64,000 nt of DNA from Bacteriovoracaceae bacterium (GTDB lineage Bacteria > Bdellovibrionota > Bacteriovoracia > Bacteriovoracales > Bacteriovoracaceae), in contig JBLWTJ010000004.1 of assembly GCA_048270185.1 (NCBI GenBank), forward strand, positions 196,615-260,614. The letters run 5' to 3'. The notes beneath the pieces were generated by a model. The model was not told the DNA's origin and did not search any database. It worked only from the letters and a program-made list of their open reading frames with translations. Positions 40,031-49,844 of the stretch are shown here, piece by piece. The translations under genes and the position numbers were made by a program. The number at the start of each line of letters is the position of its first letter. Position 1 is the first letter of the stretch.

Positions 40031-40381
40031 ATGAAAAATGGCAGAGAGATTCCTTTTTCCATTGAAGAGTTAGTTGGTGAAACGTTTAAGTTATCTGAGC
40101 ATCACATTGAAGCAAAATTTCAATTTGAATATCTTGATAATATAAAGTCATATCGTCTAAGATTCGCATCAAGGTATATCGACTTTCCTAAAGACTTATC
40201 GTTAATTTCTGAAGTTCTGAAAAATTCTTTTTTGGACTTAAAAGTATTTGATTATCAATTAAATGAAGGACTGAAAGATTTTTTAGAAATCGATGACGAT
40301 ATTATTCTCTACTCTTTAAATGGCCGCTTATTTATCGACGTCCAAGAATTCCAAAATTTAGACCAAAAAAAAGCGGCCTAA
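40031..40381 (+). CDS. Hypothetical protein
   Basis: 116-aa ORF filling the gap, ending in a terminator. Confidence 0.6.
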   Translation: MKNGREIPFSIEELVGETFKLSEHHIEAKFQFEYLDNIKSYRLRFASRYIDFPKDLSLISEVLKNSFLDLKVFDYQLNEGLKDFLEIDDDIILYSLNGRLFIDVQEFQNLDQKKAA

Positions 40382-40391
40382 GCCGCTTTTT
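40365..40391. terminator. Bidirectional terminator overlapping a stop codon
   Basis: A-tract GCGGC CTAA GCCGC T-tract. Confidence 0.85.
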
Positions 40392-40399
40392 CGTATTTA

Positions 40400-41233
40400 T
40401 TAAAGTGTTTGGTAATAATTTTTTAACATTAGAGCATCATCTTCAAGATTTGGTGAGTTACAGATCATGTATCCACCACAACCATTCTTCTTAAGTGATC
40501 TAAGAAGTGCTTTCCAATCAAATTTAGATTGCTCTAGGTTAAGGTGTTTAAGATCACCTTTTGAATTAGTGCTAATTCCTGAAATATGAATGTGCATATT
40601 CTGGATTGCTTCTTCACTTAGTTCTTCTTTAAGACGTCCAATAACTTCGTCGAACTCTTCTTCAGAGTTGTACTTATTAGTACGAGCAAAAAGATGAGAG
40701 AAGTCCATACAAGGACGACATGAATCAACATTCTTAGTTAGACTAATAAGCTCATCAAGTGATCCAAATTGAGATGTCTTACCAGTTAGTTCTGGACGAA
40801 GCTCAATTTCAATATCAAGACGGCTAAGTCTTTCTTCGATAACATTCATTGATTTTTCAACAAGGTCGAAAACATCATATGGAGAATCTTTCATGTAGAA
40901 AGCCGCGTGGAAAGTCATCGACTCGGCACCACATAAGTCTGAGATTTTGGCCGTTTGGATAATTCTCTCAACAGAAGAGTCAATTTTATCCTGCTCTCTA
41001 GCATTTAGGTTAATATAGTAAGGGCCATGTGAAGTTAGAGGAATACCTAACTCGTATGAAACCTTTCTTAAATTAGAAGAAACTTCTTCCTTCATTCTTA
41101 CGCCGTGTGCAAACTCAAGTTGCATACAATCAAGACCAAGCTCGTGGATTCTTTTAACACCCTCAACTGGATTATTTTTCTTCACTGTTGAATTAGGAAC
41201 ACCTGCTGTACCGAAAAGTAGCTTAGTATGCAT
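40400..41233 (-). CDS. Endonuclease IV-like TIM-barrel protein (archaeal-type AP endonuclease 2)
   Basis: HGPYYINL, FHAAFY, PELTGKTSQFG, DFSH, HIHISGI. Confidence 0.8.
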   Translation of the reverse strand: MHTKLLFGTAGVPNSTVKKNNPVEGVKRIHELGLDCMQLEFAHGVRMKEEVSSNLRKVSYELGIPLTSHGPYYINLNAREQDKIDSSVERIIQTAKISDLCGAESMTFHAAFYMKDSPYDVFDLVEKSMNVIEERLSRLDIEIELRPELTGKTSQFGSLDELISLTKNVDSCRPCMDFSHLFARTNKYNSEEEFDEVIGRLKEELSEEAIQNMHIHISGISTNSKGDLKHLNLEQSKFDWKALLRSLKKNGCGGYMICNSPNLEDDALMLKNYYQTL

Positions 41234-41360
41234 TAAAAACACCCCTTCCTGCTTAATTTAAAAACGTTATTGCCTTGTGTATCACAATTCAGGATTTCGC
41301 AATAGTCGCGTTGCGTAATCACTAGTAAATATCATACGTAAGTGCAATAAATGCTAATTT

Positions 41361-41406
41361 GTAATTCAGATGACTTATAGCCGTAATTCAGATTTGGGTC
41401 TATAAT
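41361..41406 (+). promoter_or_regulatory. Sigma-70-like promoter with an 11-bp direct repeat
   Basis: GTAATTCAGAT at 41361 and 41383; TAGCCG-N17-TATAAT. Confidence 0.5.
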
Positions 41407-41442
41407 TAGAGAGTATTTTGTAAAAAAAATAGGGACAAAATT

Positions 41443-42201
41443 TTGTTTAGTGTATTAATTTCATATTTTCTCAGTTTATTTATCGTCTTCATTCAGGTCT
41501 TTTTTCTGGCCGGTGGCTTTATTGTATTTAGTACGAACTTGCATATCTTAAGTTCTGTAGTACTTGCATCATTGATCTATGTGATTTCATTTACTTATGT
41601 CATTCCGGGTCTAGTCCTCTCACGCTTTAACCCTCTTGAGGTAAGACCAGAAGAGCATGTCGATCTATTTAATCGAATTACTACATTTCAATTTAAACTG
41701 AATAAGGGGCCTCTCAAGGTTTTTGAGAGTTCAAGCGCACCATTTATTATGATCGGGAGTCTATTAGGATCTAAATATCTACTTCTTAATTCAGTTATTT
41801 TAAATAAGCTCGATGATAAAGAAAAATCTATTTATATCGATGCAGAAATGAGCTTTAACGAAAGCTTTAGTGCAAAGATTCTTGGGCATATACTTATTGT
41901 TTTTTTATTTTGGAGAACAATTATTAGTATTCCTTTTAAGCTCCTAAGAGGCGAAGCTGTATTCCGCTATATGTTTGTTGTTCCTCGTAGGCTCTTTAGT
42001 TATCTTTCAAATAGTTTTAAGCAATCATTTTTTAAAGAGAAAGAATACGATATTAGAGGAATTGCACAGAAAGTAATTTATCTAGAAAATGGCATGATTA
42101 ATAATGTTCACTTCAATGTTGCTTCCACAACAATGTGGTCATTAAATCATACGACAAGTGCAAATATGGACGAGAGATTTCATCAAAGTGAGCTCTTATG
42201 A
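41443..42201 (+). CDS. Membrane protein, degenerate HtpX/M48-like
   Basis: Two N-terminal TMs, LNKLDDKEK..IDAEMS where HExxH is expected. Confidence 0.5.
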   Translation: MFSVLISYFLSLFIVFIQVFFLAGGFIVFSTNLHILSSVVLASLIYVISFTYVIPGLVLSRFNPLEVRPEEHVDLFNRITTFQFKLNKGPLKVFESSSAPFIMIGSLLGSKYLLLNSVILNKLDDKEKSIYIDAEMSFNESFSAKILGHILIVFLFWRTIISIPFKLLRGEAVFRYMFVVPRRLFSYLSNSFKQSFFKEKEYDIRGIAQKVIYLENGMINNVHFNVASTTMWSLNHTTSANMDERFHQSELL

Positions 42202-44075
42202 AGTCTTTTTTTAAAGTTTTAAGAGATCTCGATTTTACAAAATATTATCCAGCACTATTTACTATCGTTTTTTTGATGGTTCTTTTCCAGTATAAATTTC
42301 CATCAATTGAAGCAGTCTTCTACGACTTAAGGTTAAAAACAGACATTAATCTAGTTAAAAATGAAGATATTGTTATTGTAAAGATTGATGAAGAGAGTGA
42401 TGAATTCTTAGGTGAGAGTTATCCTTATACTTACACAACTTACTTAAAATTATTTCGAAAAGTTTTAAAAGATAAACCGGCAATTATCAATTTCTTTGGA
42501 GAATTATCAGCTCCACTCAATGAAAGAGAAGCCGTGGCCCTAGATACTCTTCATGATGAAATTAAGAGTTACGTGAAAGCTGGTGGTTTATATCGCTATG
42601 GTACAGAGCTTGATTCGTGGGGTGAAAGATTACCTCCACAACAATTAAGAGACCTCGGATATTCTCCATCTATTGTAAATATTGATAGTAAACGCTTTGC
42701 TAAAGATGATGTTGTTAGAAGAATGGTTCTTAATATCTCAGGTGAAGAGACACTCGACTTTTGGACTGCCAATGAATGGAGAATTCTTAGAGGGGATGAC
42801 CCACTTGTTCTTAATAATTTAAAAAGCGCCTACTATATGCCAGAAGCAGACGCGAGCTTTAGTCTATTTAGATTTCCTCTAAAGTACTTAGAAGATGTTG
42901 AGAAGCTGCCAGTTCACCGTGTGGTTGTTGGAAATATTCCAGCAGGCTATTTTAATGGGAAGATCGTTCTCATCGGTCCGTCTTATATTTCAAATCTTGG
43001 CCACTATGCAAAGACACCATTTGATAAAGACCAAGAAAGTACTTCAAAATTAGAAATTCATGCCAATATGACAAAATCTCTAATTGAAAATAAATTAGTC
43101 TATTCAATACCAATGTGGGTGACACAAGTTTTATCCCTTATTATTGGAATTATTCTTTCAATTGTTATTTCTAAAATTCAACCAGCAAAGGGTATGTTAA
43201 TAACTTTTGGAATTATAATTGGTACATTACTTATATCTTACTTAATGTTCATACTCTTTGGACTGTGGTTGTATGTAACTCACATTCTTTTAACAGTCTT
43301 TGTTGTCTATTATATCTGGGTTCCATTCAGGGCCATTGGTGAATACCAAAGACGCTATAAGATTCAAGAAGAAACTAAACTACTGAAGCGAGTCGAGGAC
43401 CTTAAACAAAACTTTATCTCTTTAATGAGTCACGACTTAAAAACACCAGTGGCAAAGATTGCGGGTGTTGCCGATAATATGCTTCAAAAAAATAGAGGTG
43501 GTGAGACATATATTCACGATGGACTCAAAACAATCATGGACTCGACAAAAGAGCTAAATAACTTCATTACTTCAATCCTTGATTTAACAAAAGTAGAATC
43601 CAGAAATATATCTCTTAATTTACAAAGCAAGGATGTTAATAAGGTTGTTGAAAGTTGTGTTGATAGTTTAGGCTATCTTGCTCGTTCAAAAGAGATGGCC
43701 ATAGAGACAGAGCTAGGTCCTCTTTTCCCAATTCAAATTGATATGAGTTTGGCCAATCGAATTATTAGTAATATTGTGGAAAACTCTATTAAATACGCTG
43801 GTATTGGCAAAACGATCAATATTAGGACTTGGGATGATGAGAACTGGGTCTATATTGAAATTGGAGATAATGGCGTTGGCATGAAACAAGATGATGTCGA
43901 CAATATATTTGAGAAATTTTATCGGGTTAAAAATGATGCATCCCATACTATTAAGGGAAGCGGGCTAGGGCTTTATCTGGTAAAATACTTCGTAGAGTTA
44001 CATGGTGGAGAAATTTCAGTTTCTTCGCAACTTGATGTAGGAACAACGTTCTTAATTAAATTTTTGAATAAATAA
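42198..44075 (+). CDS. CHASE2-domain sensor histidine kinase
   Basis: IVIVKIDEES, FNGKIVLIG, EIHAN (CHASE2); three TMs; SHDLKTP H-box; N, G1 (DNGVG), F, G2 (GSGLGL) boxes. Confidence 0.92.
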   Translation: MKSFFKVLRDLDFTKYYPALFTIVFLMVLFQYKFPSIEAVFYDLRLKTDINLVKNEDIVIVKIDEESDEFLGESYPYTYTTYLKLFRKVLKDKPAIINFFGELSAPLNEREAVALDTLHDEIKSYVKAGGLYRYGTELDSWGERLPPQQLRDLGYSPSIVNIDSKRFAKDDVVRRMVLNISGEETLDFWTANEWRILRGDDPLVLNNLKSAYYMPEADASFSLFRFPLKYLEDVEKLPVHRVVVGNIPAGYFNGKIVLIGPSYISNLGHYAKTPFDKDQESTSKLEIHANMTKSLIENKLVYSIPMWVTQVLSLIIGIILSIVISKIQPAKGMLITFGIIIGTLLISYLMFILFGLWLYVTHILLTVFVVYYIWVPFRAIGEYQRRYKIQEETKLLKRVEDLKQNFISLMSHDLKTPVAKIAGVADNMLQKNRGGETYIHDGLKTIMDSTKELNNFITSILDLTKVESRNISLNLQSKDVNKVVESCVDSLGYLARSKEMAIETELGPLFPIQIDMSLANRIISNIVENSIKYAGIGKTINIRTWDDENWVYIEIGDNGVGMKQDDVDNIFEKFYRVKNDASHTIKGSGLGLYLVKYFVELHGGEISVSSQLDVGTTFLIKFLNK

Positions 44076-45589
44076 TGGAGATGCGTATGCATAAGGTTTT
44101 AGTAGTTGATGATGATAAAGTTTTACAAAGCTCCGTAAAAGAAGCTTTAGAATTTCATCACTTTGCGGTTGATGTCGCTGATAATGGTAAAGAAGCACTA
44201 GGTGCTGTTTATAAAACAAAATATGATCTTGTCGTTATGGACGTCAATATGCCAGAAATGGATGGTATTGAAGCATTAACTGAGATTAAAAAACATGACC
44301 CTTCAGTTATCGTTATTATTCTAACTGCCTATTCAAATGTTACAGATGCAGTAAAAGTAGTTAAAGAGGGTGCATACAATTATCTTGAGAAACCTATCAG
44401 CTCAGATAATTTAGTTTCACTAATTAAAAGAGCACTAAAAGCAAGATCTCTTGTTGAAACTGTTGGTTTCTCTGCACCAGTCCTTTCATTAGGAGATACG
44501 AAGAATAAATTCGTAGGTGAATCAGATGTCATGCAAAAAGTTTTCAACGTTATCGGAAAGCTTGCTCAAGTAAATACTCCAGTTCTTATTCGTGGTGAAT
44601 CAGGTACAGGTAAAGAACTTGTAGCGCGTGCTATTCACTATAATGGCCCACGTAAAGATGAGAAATTTGTAACAATTAACCTAGCAGCAATTCCTGAAAA
44701 CTTAATTGAGTCAGAACTATTTGGGCATGAGAAAGGTGCTTTTACTGGTGCAAGTGAAAGAAAGATTGGAAAGTTTCAATTTGCTGATGGCGGTACTTTA
44801 TTTTTAGATGAAATTGGTGATGTCTCTCCTACAATGCAAGTTAAACTTCTACGAGTACTACAAGAAGGTACATTTACACCGGTTGGATCTAATCGTGAAA
44901 TAAAAGCTGACGTGCGTGTTATCGCAGCTTCACACAAACCATTTGAAAAGATGATTGATGAGGGAACGTTCAGAGAAGATTTATTCTATCGTTTAAATGT
45001 TCTGCCAGTATATCTTCCTCCTCTAAGGGAGCGAACTTCAGATATTCCACACCTTGTTGAATACTACGTTAAATACTTTAACAATGTTCACAATCTTCAA
45101 ATATCAGGACTTGATGATGATGCAATGGCAATTATGAAAGGTCATGAGTGGCCTGGGAATATTCGTGAACTTAGAAACGTCATCGAACATTCATTTATTA
45201 TTGAAAGCGGTGATGTAATTAAAGCCACATCACTTCCTGATGGAATCAGAAAATCTGCAAGTGTCGAATCAAATTCAAACGATTCACAGGCCATTATTGA
45301 TTATGAAGAAATAAAGGATTCTGTACTGACTGATGCTGGCCAAGACGAAAGACTTATTGCGAGCGCAGGTGGATATCAATTTGTATTTGCAACTACTGAA
45401 ATTGATGGTGAGTTAAGACTGAACTTCTCTCAAGCAAAGGATATTTTTGAAAAAGAATTTATTATCCAAGCTTTAATTATTAATAAAGGTAAGATCAATC
45501 AGACTGCTCTTAAAGCAAATATTCCAAAGAAGACACTTCTTAGAAAAATTGAAAAGTACGAAATTAATCCTAAGGAATATTATCAATGA
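44075..45589 (+). CDS. Sigma-54-dependent response regulator (NtrC family)
   Basis: Receiver (VVDDD, MDVNMP), GESGTGKE, GAFTGA, WPGNIREL, Fis HTH; start may be ATG 44087. Confidence 0.95.
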   Translation: MEMRMHKVLVVDDDKVLQSSVKEALEFHHFAVDVADNGKEALGAVYKTKYDLVVMDVNMPEMDGIEALTEIKKHDPSVIVIILTAYSNVTDAVKVVKEGAYNYLEKPISSDNLVSLIKRALKARSLVETVGFSAPVLSLGDTKNKFVGESDVMQKVFNVIGKLAQVNTPVLIRGESGTGKELVARAIHYNGPRKDEKFVTINLAAIPENLIESELFGHEKGAFTGASERKIGKFQFADGGTLFLDEIGDVSPTMQVKLLRVLQEGTFTPVGSNREIKADVRVIAASHKPFEKMIDEGTFREDLFYRLNVLPVYLPPLRERTSDIPHLVEYYVKYFNNVHNLQISGLDDDAMAIMKGHEWPGNIRELRNVIEHSFIIESGDVIKATSLPDGIRKSASVESNSNDSQAIIDYEEIKDSVLTDAGQDERLIASAGGYQFVFATTEIDGELRLNFSQAKDIFEKEFIIQALIINKGKINQTALKANIPKKTLLRKIEKYEINPKEYYQ

Positions 45590-46086
45590 ATCGAATATGG
45601 CAGATGACTCTATTGATTGTTGCGATTTTGTTTCTTGATCAATTTTCAAAAGGTGCAATTCAAACGAACTTCCAAGTCGGTGAGTCTGTGAATGTAATAC
45701 CAGGATTTTTCAACCTTACTTATGTTAGGAATTCTGGGGTTGCATTTGGAATGGGACAAACTTTCCCTGATATTGTCAGAATGATTCTATTTAAAATTAT
45801 TCCTGTCATTGCGTGTTTTTGGTTTGTTTATTTAATTTGGGATTCACGTAAGAAAAGCTATATGTTGTGTCTTGCTTATTCAATGATTTTTGCAGGTGCT
45901 GTCGGTAATCTTATCGACCGAATCTCTCTCGACTACGTTGTTGATATGTTTGACTTTTATTATGGAACATACCACTTTGCAGCCTTTAACGTAGCTGATG
46001 CATCGATTTCCGTTGCAGCTGGTATTTATATTGTTGATTATTTTTTAACTGAATTTAGAAATAAAAAAGAAGCGCCTAATTCTTAG
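45586..46086 (+). CDS. lspA: Lipoprotein signal peptidase
   Basis: DQFSK, NSGVAFG, GNLIDR, VVDM, FNVAD. Confidence 0.95.
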   Translation: MNRIWQMTLLIVAILFLDQFSKGAIQTNFQVGESVNVIPGFFNLTYVRNSGVAFGMGQTFPDIVRMILFKIIPVIACFWFVYLIWDSRKKSYMLCLAYSMIFAGAVGNLIDRISLDYVVDMFDFYYGTYHFAAFNVADASISVAAGIYIVDYFLTEFRNKKEAPNS

Positions 46087-46523
46087 GCGCTCTCTTCTGT
46101 ATTTTCTTCTTCTTGAATCTCTGGTTTTGTTTGAATTCCGTGCTCTTTATTAATTGCTTCTAGAGTTTCTTCAGATATATAAAGCTCTGAAGCTAGAGTT
46201 TCACGTCCCCAAACTGCGAAAGCATCATTGTGCTCATACATTGTAATTGTTTCCCAAGGGCAATCTTGAGAACAGTTTTGGCATCCAATACATCTTGCAA
46301 GGTCGATTTCAACTTTTTGATTAAATTGAGGGTTATTTGGATTTGGCCCAGGTACTAATTCAATTGAATCAACTGGACATCCTTGAATACAAATTTCACA
46401 ACCAGTACACCCTGATTGGTGAACAACTGCAAGAAGCTTTGGGCCCTTCTTACCTTTACGGGCAGGTTTAAATCTTGCCGTATGATAAGGGTTTTCAACT
46501 AAAAATTTAACATCTTCGCTCAT
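46083..46523 (-). CDS. 2x[4Fe-4S] ferredoxin-like protein with extensions
   Basis: CTGCEICIQGCP and CIGCQNCSQDCP. Confidence 0.85.
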   Translation of the reverse strand: MSEDVKFLVENPYHTARFKPARKGKKGPKLLAVVHQSGCTGCEICIQGCPVDSIELVPGPNPNNPQFNQKVEIDLARCIGCQNCSQDCPWETITMYEHNDAFAVWGRETLASELYISEETLEAINKEHGIQTKPEIQEEENTEESA

Positions 46524-46591
46524 TAGCAATTCCTAATACTTTGTTTAGTAGCAGTATTTTAACGTATATCAACGCATCATAAAAGGGATTT

Positions 46592-46620
46592 TTGCCTGAT
46601 TAAAATACATTAGGTATAGT
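46592..46620 (+). promoter_or_regulatory. Putative sigma-70 promoter of icmF
   Basis: TTGCCT-N17-TATAGT. Confidence 0.55.
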
Positions 46621-46694
46621 CCTTTAGCAATATTAGAACATAAAAACCTTGGGTTAAGAAAATATTTGACCTAATGTAATTTCAGGGGTTTACC

Positions 46695-49600
46695 GTGAGA
46701 AAGTTAAGATTCGTAACAGCGGCCAGTCTGTTTGATGGCCACGATGTATCAATAAATATTATGAGAAGACTACTTCAATCAAAAGGTGTTGAAGTAATTC
46801 ACTTAGGGCACAACCGTTCTGCACAAGAAGTTGTTGATGCTGTTTTACATGAAGATGCACATGCTGTTGCTCTAAGTTCATATCAAGGCGGACATAATGA
46901 ATACTTTGCTTATGTAAGAGAGTTACTAGATGAAGCAGGTGCGAAGAATGTTCGAATCTTCGGTGGCGGTGGTGGAGTTATTACACCAAAAGAAATCAAG
47001 GCCCTTCATGATAAAGGAATTACAAGAATATATTCTCCTGAAGATGGGATGAAGTTAGGTCTTGTTGGTATTATCGATGATATGATCGAGCGTGCGGGAC
47101 ATTCAACTCTTGAAGGCTTTGACCTAAAGCCAAGCACGAAGGATCTTTCAAAGTCAGCAATGGCGAAAATTATTACGGCCATTGAAGACGGAACTGATTT
47201 AGAAATCCCTGCTTCAGATAAAAAGGTACCAGTGCTTGGTATTACTGGGACAGGTGGTGCTGGGAAATCTTCTTTAATTGATGAAACACTTTTAAGATTT
47301 CATCGTTTCTATCCAGAAAAAAGAATAGCTCTTATTTCTGTTGATCCAACTAAGAAGAAAACACAAGGTGCTCTTCTTGGTGATCGAATTCGTCTAGGTT
47401 CTGCTAATTTTGAAAACTTCTATATTAGATCTCTTGCAACTCGTGATTCTGGAACAGAGCTTTCACCACAGATTAAAAAAACAGTTAACTTTTTAAAAGA
47501 ACAAGACTTCGATCTTATCATTGTCGAGACTTCAGGTATTGGACAGGCCAGTGATGAGATTACTAAAGTTTCAGATAAGTGTATCTATGTAATGACTCCA
47601 GAATATGGAGCTGCTACACAGCTAGAAAAAATTGAAATGCTTGAGCAAGCTGATTTGATTGTTCTTAATAAGTTTGAAAAACCTCGCTCTGAAGATTCAT
47701 TAAGAGATATTAGAAAGCAATATCGACGTAACCACGAGCTATTTGCAGGACATCCTGGCTCACCAACTGATGAAGAACTTCCTATTTTTGGAACAATGGC
47801 ATCTAAGTTTAATGATGTAGGAGTAAATGCTCTTTTTGCTGAAATTGCAAAAACATTTGACTTCGACATGAAGCCTTTAGAGGGTATTAAGGCCGATCGT
47901 GCAAGTAATGATAAGACAAGAATTATTCCTGCTGAAAGATCACTTTATCTACGAGAGGTAGCAAAAACTTGTCGAGATTATAATGATGAAACATCTATTC
48001 GTATGGAAAAGCTTCGAGATATTGAAGCACTCGAGATAACTAAAAAGATTCTACCAAGTAAAGAGTTAGATCAAAAACTTTCTGAACTTAAGGCAGATCT
48101 TGGTGAAGATGTTGAAAAAGAGTTAGAACAGTTTCAATCTGTTTTAAAGCAATATCAAGATGGTACTTTCACTTACAAAGTTCGTGACCGTGAATTTAAA
48201 GTTGCCACAAAGTATACATCTCTTTCTGGACTTGAAATCCAAAAAGTAGGAACTCCAAGTTTTACATCTAAAGTTGATCAGTATCGTTTTATTAGAACTT
48301 CAAATCTTCCTGGATTCTTCCCATACACAGCTGGGATTTTCCCATTTAAAAGAACAGATGAAGATCCAAAGAGAATGTTTGCGGGAGAAGGTGGACCTGC
48401 TAGAACAAATAAACGTTTCCATTATTTATCTAAAGATGACAACGCTAAAAGATTATCAACTGCATTTGATTCAGTAACTTTATATGGAGAAGATCCAGAT
48501 CTTCGCCCAGATATCTTTGGTAAAATCGGTGAAGCAGGTGTTTCAATTGCAACAGTTGAAGATATGGAAATGTTATTTGATGGTTTCGATCTCTCTGATC
48601 CAATGACTTCTGTATCAATGACTATTAATGGCCCTGCTCCAATTATCTTAGCTTTTTATTTAAATACAGCTTTAAGGCAGAATCTTAAAGGTGAAGACTA
48701 TTATAATGTCGAAAAGAGAATGGAAATTCTTCAAAAGATAAGAGGAACTGTACAGGCTGATATCTTAAAAGAGGATCAGGCTCAAAATACTTGTATCTTC
48801 TCATTAGAATTTGCACTAAAGATGATGGGGGATGTTCAACAATTCTTCTGTGAAAAGAAAATTAGAAATTATTATACTGTTTCAATTTCCGGTTACCATA
48901 TTGCAGAAGCAGGAGCCAACCCGATTACTCAGGTAGCTTTCACTCTTGCTAATGGTTTCACTTTTGTTGAGTACTATCTGTCACGTGGATTAAATATTGA
49001 TGAGTTCTCACAGAACCTATCGTTCTTCTTCTCAAATGGCCTTGACCCTGAGTATTCAGTCATTGGTCGCGTTGCTCGTAAGATCTGGGCAATTACAATG
49101 AGAGATAAGTACGGTGCAAATGATAAGTCTCAAAAATTTAAATATCATATTCAAACTTCTGGGCGTTCACTTCACGCACAGGAAATTGATTTCAATGATA
49201 TTCGTACAACTCTACAAGCTTATTTGGCGTTATCTGATAATTGTAATTCTCTTCACACAAATGCCTATGATGAGGCGATTACAACTCCAACTGAAGAGTC
49301 AGTAAGAAGAGCAATGGCGATTCAGATGATTATTAATCGTGAGTTCGGGCTTAATAAATCAGACAACCCAATGCAAGGTGCATATGTTTGTGAGGAGCTT
49401 TCTATTCTCGTTGAAGAAGCGATTCTTTCTGAGTTTGAAAGAATTTCAGATAAAGGCGGTGTTCTTGGGGCAATGGAAAGTATGTATCAGCGTTCTAAGA
49501 TTCAAGAAGAGTCACTATATTATGAAACTCTAAAAGATTCTGGTGAACTTCCAATTATTGGGGTTAATACTTACATTGCTGATAATATTGATGAACAGTT

Positions 49601-49844
49601 AAACCAGGAAATTGAAATTTCACGTTGTTCAGATGAAGAAAAGAAAGACCAAATTAATCGTCTGAATAATTTCAAAGCTAAAAACAAAGATAAATCTGAA
49701 GAGGCTCTAGATCGTTTAAGACATGTAGCTCTCTCTGGTGGAAATATTTTTGCTGAACTTATTGATACGACAAATTATTGTTCATTAGGTGAGATCACAA
49801 ATATGCTTTATGAAATTGGTGGAAAATATAGAAGGAATATGTAA
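46695..49844 (+). CDS. icmF: Fused isobutyryl-CoA mutase/MeaB-type GTPase
   Basis: B12 domain FDGHD, GTGGAGKSS GTPase, RMFAGEG (Phe, ICM-type), RGTVQADILKEDQ. Confidence 0.93.
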   Translation: MRKLRFVTAASLFDGHDVSINIMRRLLQSKGVEVIHLGHNRSAQEVVDAVLHEDAHAVALSSYQGGHNEYFAYVRELLDEAGAKNVRIFGGGGGVITPKEIKALHDKGITRIYSPEDGMKLGLVGIIDDMIERAGHSTLEGFDLKPSTKDLSKSAMAKIITAIEDGTDLEIPASDKKVPVLGITGTGGAGKSSLIDETLLRFHRFYPEKRIALISVDPTKKKTQGALLGDRIRLGSANFENFYIRSLATRDSGTELSPQIKKTVNFLKEQDFDLIIVETSGIGQASDEITKVSDKCIYVMTPEYGAATQLEKIEMLEQADLIVLNKFEKPRSEDSLRDIRKQYRRNHELFAGHPGSPTDEELPIFGTMASKFNDVGVNALFAEIAKTFDFDMKPLEGIKADRASNDKTRIIPAERSLYLREVAKTCRDYNDETSIRMEKLRDIEALEITKKILPSKELDQKLSELKADLGEDVEKELEQFQSVLKQYQDGTFTYKVRDREFKVATKYTSLSGLEIQKVGTPSFTSKVDQYRFIRTSNLPGFFPYTAGIFPFKRTDEDPKRMFAGEGGPARTNKRFHYLSKDDNAKRLSTAFDSVTLYGEDPDLRPDIFGKIGEAGVSIATVEDMEMLFDGFDLSDPMTSVSMTINGPAPIILAFYLNTALRQNLKGEDYYNVEKRMEILQKIRGTVQADILKEDQAQNTCIFSLEFALKMMGDVQQFFCEKKIRNYYTVSISGYHIAEAGANPITQVAFTLANGFTFVEYYLSRGLNIDEFSQNLSFFFSNGLDPEYSVIGRVARKIWAITMRDKYGANDKSQKFKYHIQTSGRSLHAQEIDFNDIRTTLQAYLALSDNCNSLHTNAYDEAITTPTEESVRRAMAIQMIINREFGLNKSDNPMQGAYVCEELSILVEEAILSEFERISDKGGVLGAMESMYQRSKIQEESLYYETLKDSGELPIIGVNTYIADNIDEQLNQEIEISRCSDEEKKDQINRLNNFKAKNKDKSEEALDRLRHVALSGGNIFAELIDTTNYCSLGEITNMLYEIGGKYRRNM

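Noticed and set aside
46530..46694. Cobalamin riboswitch or 6S RNA upstream of icmF
   Set aside because: No recognisable B12-box motifs, the paired region is only about 90 nt, and one arm lies upstream of the predicted TSS.
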